DNA from: Candidatus Latescibacterota bacterium
GTDB lineage: Bacteria > Latescibacterota > UBA2968
Direction of reading: 5' to 3'
Assembly (NCBI GenBank): GCA_965204375.1
Contig: OZ241986.1
Location: forward strand, 1,376,001-1,440,000
DNA length: 64,000 bases
Both the position numbers and the translations under genes were made by a program. Numbering within the stretch: the stretch's first letter is position 1; each line of letters begins with the position of its first letter. Shown one piece after another: positions 10,502 to 19,938 of this stretch. A model generated the notes under the pieces. That model was not told the origin of the DNA. It was given only the letters and a program-made list of their open reading frames with translations, and searched no databases.

Positions 10502-11794
10502 ATGAGTAAGTCGATAGATGATGGTCTTAAAGAATGTCCGAATATTCTGATTATTTTCACCGATGATCAGGGATATGCAGATCTTGGGTGTTTTGGAAAC
10601 AAAAAGAACAAGACACCGCGACTGGATCAACTGGCGAAGGAGGGGACCCGCTTCACCAGTTTTTACGCCCAGCCAGTGTGCGGTCCGTCTCGTTCGGCAT
10701 TGCTTACTGGTCGCTATCCGGTCCGCAGTAAGGGCTGGGGTATGCCTGCCAGTGAGATTACTTTTGCCGAGTTGATGAAACCCGCAGGATACCAGACGGT
10801 TTGTATTGGTAAGTGGGACGTCTCGAATAGGAAGGAAATTATCGAGCGCATGCCGAACGCTCAGGGGTTTGATTATTATTACGGTACTCTTGGCGCAAAC
10901 GACAATGGATTTATAAAGTTTCACGAGAATAACACGGCGGTTGGTGAAACGGAAGATATGAGCTGTACGATTCGCCTGTACACCAATAAAGCGATTGATT
11001 TTCTGGAGAATCGCCGAGATCCGAACAAGCCGTTTGTGCTCTATCTGGCGCATACGATGTTGCACACGATCATCGATGTCTCTCCTGAGTTTAAAGGAAA
11101 ATCGGCTGGTGGGCTATATGGGGATGTGGTTGAAGAGTTAGACCATGAGACCGGGCGTTTGCTCGACAAACTGGACGCGCTGGGATTGCGCGACAACACA
11201 CTGGTGATCTATACGACCGATAATGGGCCGTGGTGCCAGTCCAAATACTATGAAAACAAGAAAGGTCATCCAGAGGGTTCCATCTTCTGGGGCGATCCCG
11301 GGCCGTTGCGTGCCGGTAAGGGATCAGCTTATGAAGCCGGATCTCGTGTGCCGTGTATTGTCCGTTGGCCGGGTAAAGTCCCGGCTGGGCGCACCTCGGA
11401 TGCGCTCTGGGCCACGATTGATTTCCTGCCGACTTTTACTGCACTATCAGGTGTCAAACCGCCGATGGATCGCGCGATTGACGGCATTGATCAGACCGCA
11501 TTGCTTTTGGGGCAGACCGAAGAAGGCCGAGAAACCTTTATCTATGATCAGGTGGGAGATGGCGATGCCAATATGGGCGTCGGTATTAGAAAGGGAAACT
11601 GGAAGCTGTTGCTTCCTGGGCGCAAACCAGAACAAGACCATCGATTTCTGATGGATTTTGGAACCAATGGTCTGGAGTTATACGATCTGGATAGCGACAT
11701 TAGCGAAAAGAACAACGTCGTGGACGATCATCCTGAAGTTGTGAAAGAACTCCGTGAAATCTTAGACAGTTTTAAAAGAGGTGTAAAGGAATGA
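10502..11794 (+). CDS. Sulfatase (arylsulfatase A-like)
   Basis: PNILIIFTDDQGY, CGPSR, GKWD, TDNGP, EAGSRVP. Confidence 0.93.
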   Translation: MSKSIDDGLKECPNILIIFTDDQGYADLGCFGNKKNKTPRLDQLAKEGTRFTSFYAQPVCGPSRSALLTGRYPVRSKGWGMPASEITFAELMKPAGYQTVCIGKWDVSNRKEIIERMPNAQGFDYYYGTLGANDNGFIKFHENNTAVGETEDMSCTIRLYTNKAIDFLENRRDPNKPFVLYLAHTMLHTIIDVSPEFKGKSAGGLYGDVVEELDHETGRLLDKLDALGLRDNTLVIYTTDNGPWCQSKYYENKKGHPEGSIFWGDPGPLRAGKGSAYEAGSRVPCIVRWPGKVPAGRTSDALWATIDFLPTFTALSGVKPPMDRAIDGIDQTALLLGQTEEGRETFIYDQVGDGDANMGVGIRKGNWKLLLPGRKPEQDHRFLMDFGTNGLELYDLDSDISEKNNVVDDHPEVVKELREILDSFKRGVKE

Positions 11795-11841
11795 TGGAAA
11801 GGTCGTTCGTAGATGGTACAACCGCCAGGAAGGAGTAGAGA

Positions 11842-12636
11842 ATGGGTGCGTTTTATATCCCCGAAGATGCAGAGGCGCAGTTTGAAGAACGCGGTTATTT
11901 TGTGGTTCGTAATCTGATTTCAGCCCAAGCCGTTGAGGCGGTGCGAAGTGAACTTGAACGGGTCATCGCAGAAAAGCCGGAAGGATTCAGATTGACCACT
12001 GATCGGGCAGATGACACAGGTGTTGACGGTGATGCGGCGGTATGGGCTGTGGGCGATCGGGACCTTCATAGCCGGGTGCTTTGGGAGGAGTGGCTGACAG
12101 CAGAGAATGTGATTGCAATGAACCAACGCTTTCTGGGTGAGAATGTTCGCGTTCAAGGCACGCGTTTTTTTACGAAACAGGCTCGAATCGGCGAATCGGT
12201 TCCCTGGCATCAGGACATTTGGTTGTGGGAGCGCGATGCCTCGCATGGCATCAGGCCACACAAGCGCGAACATTTTAATTGTTGGGTGGCTCTGGAGGCT
12301 GTCGATCTGGAGAATGGGTGTTTGCATGTGATGCCGGGCACCCACAAAGGTGGCGTGATCGAACATGTGCAGTATGATGGGTTGCATCCAGAGATTCCGC
12401 GTGAGTTGGTCGTGGAGAGAACGCCTGAACCTGTGCCATTGGGACCGGGCGATGCCGTGATCTGGCATGCGCACATGTGGCATATGAGTCCCCCGAATCC
12501 GAGTGACCGCACGCGATGGGGCGGTGTTATGATCACGTTTCGCGATGAGATGGCGGAAAAGGCGAATCAGGCCGATCGGGGTGTCCTGATCCGTGATGGG
12601 ATGGCGTGTCCGTATCCGGGACCGATTCGCAAATAA
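11842..12636 (+). CDS. PhyH family dioxygenase
   Basis: PWHQD, ENGCLHVMPGTH, MWHMSPPN; AGGAG RBS. Confidence 0.9.
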   Translation: MGAFYIPEDAEAQFEERGYFVVRNLISAQAVEAVRSELERVIAEKPEGFRLTTDRADDTGVDGDAAVWAVGDRDLHSRVLWEEWLTAENVIAMNQRFLGENVRVQGTRFFTKQARIGESVPWHQDIWLWERDASHGIRPHKREHFNCWVALEAVDLENGCLHVMPGTHKGGVIEHVQYDGLHPEIPRELVVERTPEPVPLGPGDAVIWHAHMWHMSPPNPSDRTRWGGVMITFRDEMAEKANQADRGVLIRDGMACPYPGPIRK

Positions 12637-12650
12637 AGTTGGAGTGAACC

Positions 12651-14045
12651 ATGTCAAAAAAGAATCCGAACATCATCCTCATAAATTGCGACGACCTGGG
12701 CTACGCCGATATCGGCTGTTATGGATCAACGCTCAACAAAACACCAGCACTCGACCGGTTGGCCGAACAAGGCATGCGGTTCACCGATTTCTACGCTGCC
12801 GCGCCAGTATGCACACCCTCAAGAGCCGCTATGCTGGCAGGGTCATATCCGCGAAGGCTTAACATGCATGCTTTCGACATTCGAAAAATCGATGGCTCAG
12901 GAGAGATTCTCGAACATCGGGGGGTGTTGTTTCCTGGACAGGCCGAGGGGTTGAACCCCCAGGAGAAGACGATTGCGTCGGTGTTGAAGGAAGGTGGGTA
13001 CACAACAAAGATGATCGGAAAATGGCATGTGGGAGACCAGCCTGAGTTTTTACCCGCTCATTATGGTTTCGATTCCTGGTTTGGGATCCCGTATAGCAAC
13101 GACATGGGGCTTCAAACTCGGGGGCCTGAAAGAGTCTGGGCGCAACATATCAAAGCTCCCCTGCCTCTCGTGCGGGATAGCGTGGTGGTACAGGAACAGC
13201 CCGATCAGACCTCTGTTACGGAAAGATACACCGAGGAAGCTGTGACGTTTATCCGAGAAAACGCTGATCGGCCGTTTTTTCTCTATTTCGCGCATACCTA
13301 CGTACACAATCCATTGTTCGTACCGGAAGTCTTCGAAAGACAGTCAGAGAATGGTGTCCTCGGTGCAGCAGTCGCGCATATCGACTGGAGTTTGGCGATG
13401 CTCGAATACGAGCTCGAACGGTGCGGATTGACGGACGATACCCTCATTATTTTTACGTCCGATAATGGTGGCGCGAGGAAGAGTGTGAATACACCCTTGC
13501 AGGGATTCAAGGGATCAACCTGGGAAGGAGGGCAGCGGGTGAACTGCATTATGAAATGGCCTGCACGCATTCCTGCAGGCACCATCTGTAACGAGATCAG
13601 CACTATGATGGATTTCCTGCCGACATTCGCTGACATCACTGGAGCCGATATTGAAGATGGCGTCATTCGAGATGGTCATACGATGCTGGGGCTCATGACG
13701 CAGGAAGTTGGTGCATCATCTGGATACAAAGAATTTCTGTACTTCAAGGAGGGCAATCTTGATGCGATACGGAGTGGCGACTATAAGCTGCATCTCCATC
13801 TCAAAGAGCTGTACAATCTGGATACCGACATTGGGGAGACAGACAATAAGTACGACGAACTTCCCAACGTGGTTCAAAAGCTCGAAGATGCGGCGGAATC
13901 AGCCCGCGAAGATTTGGGCGACGACATCGCGGGCGTTAGCGGTGCAAACCAACGTCCCTGTGGATGGGTTGAAAATCCCAAGCCACTTACGACCTACGAT
14001 CCCAACCATCCGTATATCGTCGCGTTGTACGATATACCGGGATAA
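12651..14045 (+). CDS. Sulfatase (arylsulfatase A/GALNS-like)
   Basis: PNIILINCDDLGY, CTPSR, GKWHVG, GIPYSND, SDNG, WEGGQRV. Confidence 0.94.
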   Translation: MSKKNPNIILINCDDLGYADIGCYGSTLNKTPALDRLAEQGMRFTDFYAAAPVCTPSRAAMLAGSYPRRLNMHAFDIRKIDGSGEILEHRGVLFPGQAEGLNPQEKTIASVLKEGGYTTKMIGKWHVGDQPEFLPAHYGFDSWFGIPYSNDMGLQTRGPERVWAQHIKAPLPLVRDSVVVQEQPDQTSVTERYTEEAVTFIRENADRPFFLYFAHTYVHNPLFVPEVFERQSENGVLGAAVAHIDWSLAMLEYELERCGLTDDTLIIFTSDNGGARKSVNTPLQGFKGSTWEGGQRVNCIMKWPARIPAGTICNEISTMMDFLPTFADITGADIEDGVIRDGHTMLGLMTQEVGASSGYKEFLYFKEGNLDAIRSGDYKLHLHLKELYNLDTDIGETDNKYDELPNVVQKLEDAAESAREDLGDDIAGVSGANQRPCGWVENPKPLTTYDPNHPYIVALYDIPG

Positions 14046-14101
14046 AGAGAGAATTAGGAAATCTATAGCTTTTTTTAACCCTTAAACCAGCTGAGTTGAT
14101 T

Positions 14102-15289
14102 ATGTCAAAACACTTAAATTTAGATGAGCGGCTGCGCGTCCCCTACTCCATCGGCACGGGCATTCCCAAAGGTGGTGATGCAGAGATTGAGGGGTATGTG
14201 CAATCGCTGAGAACCCAGGGTTTCTGCGTCATTGATCGGGTGATTCCCAAAGATCAGGTTGACGCGGTGCGCGAGAGTGTGCACCGGGGGCGCGAACTGT
14301 TGCAACAGGACCGCGAGGCAGAGCGCCGCAAGCGCATAGAGCTAGTGCGTCAGAGAGAACCCGATGCCGAGATTGACGACAGCCCTGAGCGCTTCGAAAG
14401 ATGGCGCGAGGACCCGGTGCGGCCACCGATGGCACCGCACGCCGAGCTGTGCGATATCGCGCGGTGCGAGACATTCGCCGAGTACCTTGCGGAGCCTCGC
14501 GTACTGCGGGTTGCCAGAGCCATGCTCGATACGCACATCCGTATTTTGCAGACGGAGGTCAACAAGTCGTCGCGACCGGCGAAGAAACCGCTATCCGAGC
14601 AGCAGCTTAAGCACCGCGGTTGGCATTCTGACTGGCCCCACGATCTGAGCGCGTATGGGCCAAACAGCGAACATCCATGGAAGCACTGCGGCGCAGTCGC
14701 CCAGCCCTTCCCCGACGTCTGCATGGCACTATCCACGGTCTGGTACCTCGGTCCGGAAGACGTGACCCCGTTCAACGGCGGCACGTGGATCGTGCCGGGG
14801 TCGCACAAAGACCCGCGTAACCCGCGAGGTCCCGACGACGGCATCGACGCGCGCGCGCCAATTCCAGGAGAATTTCAGGTCTCTGCCCCGGCAGGCTCGG
14901 TTTTTATGCAGGACACAAGGAGTTGGCACTCGACCGGGCTTAACCAGAGCGAACACGAGCGCACGGCGGTAGTGTGCCGATATGGGCCATGGTGGCTGTC
15001 TGGGAATGAATTTAGCAACTTGCACTCGGGCGGCCACACACTGAGGACCTACGTGCCGCGAGAGGTTTTCGCCAGGTTCTCCCCGGAACTGAAGCTGCTG
15101 TATCGGCACATCGCCGAGGGCGAGGAGGATGTGCTACAGCCCGAGAACCAGCACAAGGCGTTGCGCGCCAGGTTTGTCGATCAACCGGAACTGCGCCATC
15201 CGGACCGCATCGGCGACAACAGCCACATCGTCGCCGGGGACATGAGCGTTGAGGAATGGGAACGCAGCCGCGTCCAAAACGAGCATTGA
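14102..15289 (+). CDS. PhyH family dioxygenase (paralog of 9610-10473)
   Basis: RGWHSDWPHDL, NGGTWIVPGSH, SWHSTG, RYGPWW. Start placed at ATG 14102 (track start 14096 is TTG). Confidence 0.87.
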   Translation: MSKHLNLDERLRVPYSIGTGIPKGGDAEIEGYVQSLRTQGFCVIDRVIPKDQVDAVRESVHRGRELLQQDREAERRKRIELVRQREPDAEIDDSPERFERWREDPVRPPMAPHAELCDIARCETFAEYLAEPRVLRVARAMLDTHIRILQTEVNKSSRPAKKPLSEQQLKHRGWHSDWPHDLSAYGPNSEHPWKHCGAVAQPFPDVCMALSTVWYLGPEDVTPFNGGTWIVPGSHKDPRNPRGPDDGIDARAPIPGEFQVSAPAGSVFMQDTRSWHSTGLNQSEHERTAVVCRYGPWWLSGNEFSNLHSGGHTLRTYVPREVFARFSPELKLLYRHIAEGEEDVLQPENQHKALRARFVDQPELRHPDRIGDNSHIVAGDMSVEEWERSRVQNEH

Positions 15290-15298
15290 GCTTTCTAA

Positions 15299-17009
15299 CC
15301 TGAAAAATTCATAAAAAAGGTAGTTTCCTTATTCAAGTTATTGTATTATTATAGGTTATGGCAATAACCATTGAACAATAAACTTGGAGGAAACTACCGT
15401 GGGTTCCCAAGATAATCATCACAAGGTTCCTTTGGCAAGCATTTTCGGCAAACGTGTCAATATCGCCTTTGATGGGGGCATCCTCACCAGTGATAGCGGC
15501 GCCTTATTGCTTCGAGAGGTGGAGGCCAGATCAGGTCTATTAGCACGCATCGGTGATGCCATCACGGATCGCCGGCATAAAAGTTATGTGGCTCATCGTG
15601 TGGCAGAGTTGATTAAACAGCGCGTGTTCCAGATTGCCTGCGGGTATGAAGATGCCAATGATTGCAATGCCTTACGCAGTGATCCCGGCATCAAGGCTGC
15701 CTGTGGTGTCTTGCCCCTTTCAGGTGCCGACTTAGCCAGTCAACCGACGATGAGTCGTTTTGAGAACCAGATCAGGCGAAGCGAGTTGTATCGCATTGCC
15801 TGTGCCTTCCTCGATTGTTTTATCGCCTCTTATGCCCAGCCCCCTGCTGCGATTATCTTAGATATCGATGATACACAGGATACAGTTTATGGGACACAGC
15901 AGTTGTCCCTATTCAATGGGTATTTGGGTGCCTATTGCTATCAGCCCTTGCACATTTATGAAGGACAAACCGGCAAGTTGATCACCACAGTTTTGCGTCC
16001 CGGTGTGCGACCAACAGGCCAACAGATTGTCGCCATACTCAAGCGTTTGGTGGCCTATCTGCGTCAGGCTTGGCCTGATGTGGCGATCATCTTGCGGGGT
16101 GATGCCCACTTTTCTTGTCCACAAGTCCATCAGTTGTGTGCCGATAGTGACCTGTATTTTATCCTTGGACAGACCAGCAATGCGAAGTTGAGACAGTTGG
16201 CAAAGCCCCTGATTGAGCAGGCGAAAAGGCTTTATGCACATACAAAGAAGCCTGTGCGTCTTTTTACCTCGTTTTGCTATCAAGCAAAGAGTTGGAACAA
16301 GGCACAACGCATCGTATGCAAGGTAGAAATCAGTGACCGAGGCCAAAACACCCGCTTTGTCGTGACCAACCTTGAAAGTTCACAAGCCTCCTTTATCTAC
16401 CAAAGCGTGTATTGTGCGCGCGGACAGATGGAAAACTTCATTAAAAATCACAAAACCTTTCTCCACTCTGACCGCACATCCTGTCACAGCTTTACTGCCA
16501 ATCAGTTCCGTCTCTTCCTCCATTCGGCTGCCTATGTCCTGATACAGACATTGGCGCAAATCGGATTGAAAGGCACAACGTGGACAAACGCGCAGGTCAA
16601 TACCATACAAAATCGCTTTCTCAAAGTCGCCGGACGCATCTGTGAATTGAAAACGAAGATTACGTTCCATTTGCCTGCGTCCTTTCCAGTGCAACATCTG
16701 TATCATAAAATCCTACACAATCTGGCAAAGGCTTTCCCCTAACGCAAAATACGGGGGAGGGGAGGCAGACACCATCACTTGCTGACTGGACACGACACAT
16801 ACACCGCCTTGTGCAAAGACGCGGCAGGCAAGGGGCGTGTCTGTCCTTTTTGCCAACCACAGGCACGCACACCCGATGAAATGGACCAAACAGACCCCTG
16901 TAAAGACCCAATCGAGTCCGACAAGAACAGAAAAACAATGAACGAGAGCTTGGAACACCGAAATGATTACATAATTATCCTATTCTTCAACTTTCATGAA
17001 TTAGTCGGG
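15299..17009 (+). mobile_element. IS1380-family insertion sequence, complete, 4-bp target duplication CTAA
   Basis: Imperfect terminal IRs: CCTGAAAAATTCATAAAA (15299) versus reverse complement CCCGACTAATTCATGAAA (ends 17009). CTAA at 15295-15298 and 17010-17013. Single transposase inside. Confidence 0.9.
15399..16742 (+). CDS. IS1380-family DDE transposase
   Basis: FDGGILTSDSG, GYEDANDC, LASQPTMSR, LDIDDT, LRGDAHF, YCARGQMENFIK, RTSCHSF, ANQFRL; GTG at 15399 behind GGAGG. Confidence 0.95.
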   Translation: MGSQDNHHKVPLASIFGKRVNIAFDGGILTSDSGALLLREVEARSGLLARIGDAITDRRHKSYVAHRVAELIKQRVFQIACGYEDANDCNALRSDPGIKAACGVLPLSGADLASQPTMSRFENQIRRSELYRIACAFLDCFIASYAQPPAAIILDIDDTQDTVYGTQQLSLFNGYLGAYCYQPLHIYEGQTGKLITTVLRPGVRPTGQQIVAILKRLVAYLRQAWPDVAIILRGDAHFSCPQVHQLCADSDLYFILGQTSNAKLRQLAKPLIEQAKRLYAHTKKPVRLFTSFCYQAKSWNKAQRIVCKVEISDRGQNTRFVVTNLESSQASFIYQSVYCARGQMENFIKNHKTFLHSDRTSCHSFTANQFRLFLHSAAYVLIQTLAQIGLKGTTWTNAQVNTIQNRFLKVAGRICELKTKITFHLPASFPVQHLYHKILHNLAKAFP

Positions 17010-17026
17010 CTAAATAAGGAGACTGT

Positions 17027-18526
17027 GTGCAAAATTATGATGATTTCTTGATGGAGGTCTATGAATCCAGGGAAAATATGGTTGCCGATCGACACCGCCC
17101 GCGATACCATTTTTTACCTCCAGAAGGTCGGTGGAATGACATAAATGGCGCGATTTACTGGAAGGGTCGATACCATATCGGGTATCTACAAAAAATTGCA
17201 AATGGACCTGGTGAGAGGGATTTTTCCAGTTGGCAGCACATTTCGAGCCGGGACCTTCTTCACTGGACCTACCACAAAGCATCTCTGCGAGAGCCGCTTG
17301 AAGGCAAAAAGGGAGATTATTTTAACAGTGGTGATGCGATGGAAGGCTGCGAGATCCCGACGATTATCACCAATATGCCGCGCAAAGGGATCTGCATTTA
17401 CCAGTGTTATGATGACCGGCTCGACCATTGGGTTCCGCTCAATGAGAATCCCGTGATTCCCATTGATGCAGGCTGGAATCGCGTGACGGATACCCTGAAA
17501 CCCGACGCGCCCTATCCCGAGTGCGTGATCTTTGATCCGAGTGGTTGGAAGGAAGGGGATACGTACTACGCTTTGATCGGAAATAAGAACCACCGACCCG
17601 GATATGAAGGGGATTGTACAAGTCTGTTCAAGTCGAAGGATTTGAGAAATTGGGAGTACGTCGGCCCTTTCTACAAATCGGATCGAAAGTGGACGGAGGA
17701 GGTAGAGGACTGTGCATGCTCGGATTTCTTTCCGTTTGGCGATCGGTATATGCTGGTGATGCATACACACAAGCCATTTCCAAAATGTCAGTATTACATC
17801 GGCCGATATGAAAATGAACAATTCTACCCTGAGGAGAACGGTCAGCTGAGCTATCTTGGTGGCCTTCTTGCCGGCCCAGAAACTCTGATTGACGAGCGAG
17901 GCCGGAGGATTTTCTGGGGATGGATCCGCGAGGGGAGGAGTACGTCAAAGTACGGGTGGGGTAGCATCATGACGCTGCCATGGCATTTTATTCCCGATGC
18001 GAATAACCGTCTGGAGATTCGTCCAGTTGAGGAACTTCAGAGATTGAGGTTCGACGAGCGTTCGGTCGATTCGGTGCGGGTAAAGGCTGGACAGGAACTC
18101 GCTTTAGATGAATTGAGCGGTAACTGTATGGAATTGGAGTTTGCTATTGATCCCGGAAATACAAACACATTTGGGTTCAAGCTGTTTTGCTCTCCCGACT
18201 GTGAAGAGGAAACTGTCATTACCTACGATGGGACGAAGAAGGAATTTGTCATCGATTTTTCGGATGCGAGTCTTGCAGATGACCTTGAATATCCCACGTT
18301 GAAGCAGGTCGTGCCATTCGAACTGCGGAGCGACGGACCGTTACATTTTCATGTGTTTGTTGACCGATCGGTGATGGAGATTTTTGTCAATTCTCAAATT
18401 TGTATGGTTCAGAGAGTGTATCCAACGCGAGAGGATAGCGACCAGTTTCGGGTGTTCGCCTCGGATGGATCCATCTTTGTGCGTGACATCACAAAGTGGG
18501 AGATGGATGCGACGAATCCCTGGTGA
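17027..18526 (+). CDS. GH32-like five-bladed beta-propeller glycosidase with C-terminal beta-sandwich, atypical motifs
   Basis: HRPRYHFLPP, WNDING, SRDLLHW, IFDPSGW, RRIFWGW, FVDRSVMEIFVN, RVYP. Confidence 0.85.
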   Translation: MQNYDDFLMEVYESRENMVADRHRPRYHFLPPEGRWNDINGAIYWKGRYHIGYLQKIANGPGERDFSSWQHISSRDLLHWTYHKASLREPLEGKKGDYFNSGDAMEGCEIPTIITNMPRKGICIYQCYDDRLDHWVPLNENPVIPIDAGWNRVTDTLKPDAPYPECVIFDPSGWKEGDTYYALIGNKNHRPGYEGDCTSLFKSKDLRNWEYVGPFYKSDRKWTEEVEDCACSDFFPFGDRYMLVMHTHKPFPKCQYYIGRYENEQFYPEENGQLSYLGGLLAGPETLIDERGRRIFWGWIREGRSTSKYGWGSIMTLPWHFIPDANNRLEIRPVEELQRLRFDERSVDSVRVKAGQELALDELSGNCMELEFAIDPGNTNTFGFKLFCSPDCEEETVITYDGTKKEFVIDFSDASLADDLEYPTLKQVVPFELRSDGPLHFHVFVDRSVMEIFVNSQICMVQRVYPTREDSDQFRVFASDGSIFVRDITKWEMDATNPW

Positions 18527-18556
18527 TAAAGAAGTGAAGTTCAAGGGAGTGGTGCA

Positions 18557-19918
18557 ATGGAAAAACAAAATATTGAGAAGCCGAATATCATCTATATCAT
18601 GCTGGATGAATGGGGATACTTTGAGTGGTCCGCCATGGATCATCCCATCCTTCAGACGCCCAATATCGACAAGATGGCATCTGAAGGCATCCGATTTACT
18701 CAGATGCTTGCGGGAGGCAATGTCTGTGCCCCGACACGCTGTGCGCTGATGACAGGTCAGCATACCGGGCATACAACGATCCGCGCAAATGGCGGTGGTC
18801 TGGCACTGCGTGTGGATGATGTGACGATCGCTGAAATGCTCAAAGCCGAGGGTTATGCAACTGGCGGCTTCGGCAAGTGGGGCCTGGGTGACGCCGGGAC
18901 AACGGGGGTGCCAGAGAAACACGGTTTCGACACCTTCTTTGGTTACTATCACCAAGTACATGCGCACACGTACTACCCGAGATATCTTCTCCGCAACAGC
19001 GAGAAGATGTATCTGGAGGGGAATACAGGCGACTTCCACTCTGGCGAAGTGTTCTCACATGGCCTCATCTACGAAGAAGGGCTGAAGTTCATACGGGAGA
19101 ACAAAGACCGCCCGTTCTTTGCATATTTACCGTGGACGCCTCCGCACGGCCAGTGGATGATGCCCGAATCGGATCCAGCATGGCAGAAGTACAGGGACGT
19201 GAAATGGGATGCCACGAACCAGAGAGGATCGCACGATGCACAGATGTACGCCGCAATGATGGAAATGGCCGATCGCCAGATAGGTGAGATCATGGATCTG
19301 CTGAAGGCGTTGGAGATTGACGAGAAGACAATCATCTTTGCTTGCGGCGACAATGGCGGTGCTACGTATTTCGCAAATGAGAACCACCCGCATGGCTTTT
19401 TTGCCCCCAATCTGAATCCCGGGACCGGCGAACGCTTCCGCGGGGGCAAGGGCAATTTCTATGAAGGTGGGCTGCGGGTTCCCTTCATCGTCCGGTGGCC
19501 GGGTCAGATTGCGCCGGGAACGGTTTCTGATCATCTGGGATACTTTCCTGATGTGATGCCCACTCTGGCGGAACTGACGGGCGCGAAGCCCGGGTCTGAT
19601 ATCGATGGTATTTCGATCGCGCCCACATTGTACGGTGACACAGGGGACAAGCAAGAGCAGCACGAGTATCTGTACTGGGAGGATCGGAAAAGCTGCGCTG
19701 TTCGTATGGGGAGTTGGAAAGCCGTAAGCCCAGATAAGGACGGGCCTTTTGAGTTGTATGACTTGAGTGCAGATGTAGAGGAACTGAATAATGTAGCGGC
19801 TCAGCATCCCGATATTCTCGAGAAGATGACGCAGCATGCCAGGGACGCTCACACTCCGATTCGCGAAGGCGATATTCTCGATCCATCTATGGGATTCAAA
19901 GGGCACGATGAGGATTAA
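18557..19918 (+). CDS. Arylsulfatase (Cys-type S1)
   Basis: KPNIIYIMLDEWGY, CAPTR, GKWGLG, YYHQVHAH, GDNG, YEGGLRVP. Confidence 0.94.
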   Translation: MEKQNIEKPNIIYIMLDEWGYFEWSAMDHPILQTPNIDKMASEGIRFTQMLAGGNVCAPTRCALMTGQHTGHTTIRANGGGLALRVDDVTIAEMLKAEGYATGGFGKWGLGDAGTTGVPEKHGFDTFFGYYHQVHAHTYYPRYLLRNSEKMYLEGNTGDFHSGEVFSHGLIYEEGLKFIRENKDRPFFAYLPWTPPHGQWMMPESDPAWQKYRDVKWDATNQRGSHDAQMYAAMMEMADRQIGEIMDLLKALEIDEKTIIFACGDNGGATYFANENHPHGFFAPNLNPGTGERFRGGKGNFYEGGLRVPFIVRWPGQIAPGTVSDHLGYFPDVMPTLAELTGAKPGSDIDGISIAPTLYGDTGDKQEQHEYLYWEDRKSCAVRMGSWKAVSPDKDGPFELYDLSADVEELNNVAAQHPDILEKMTQHARDAHTPIREGDILDPSMGFKGHDED

Positions 19919-19938
19919 GCAAAAAATAGAAGCTATTA

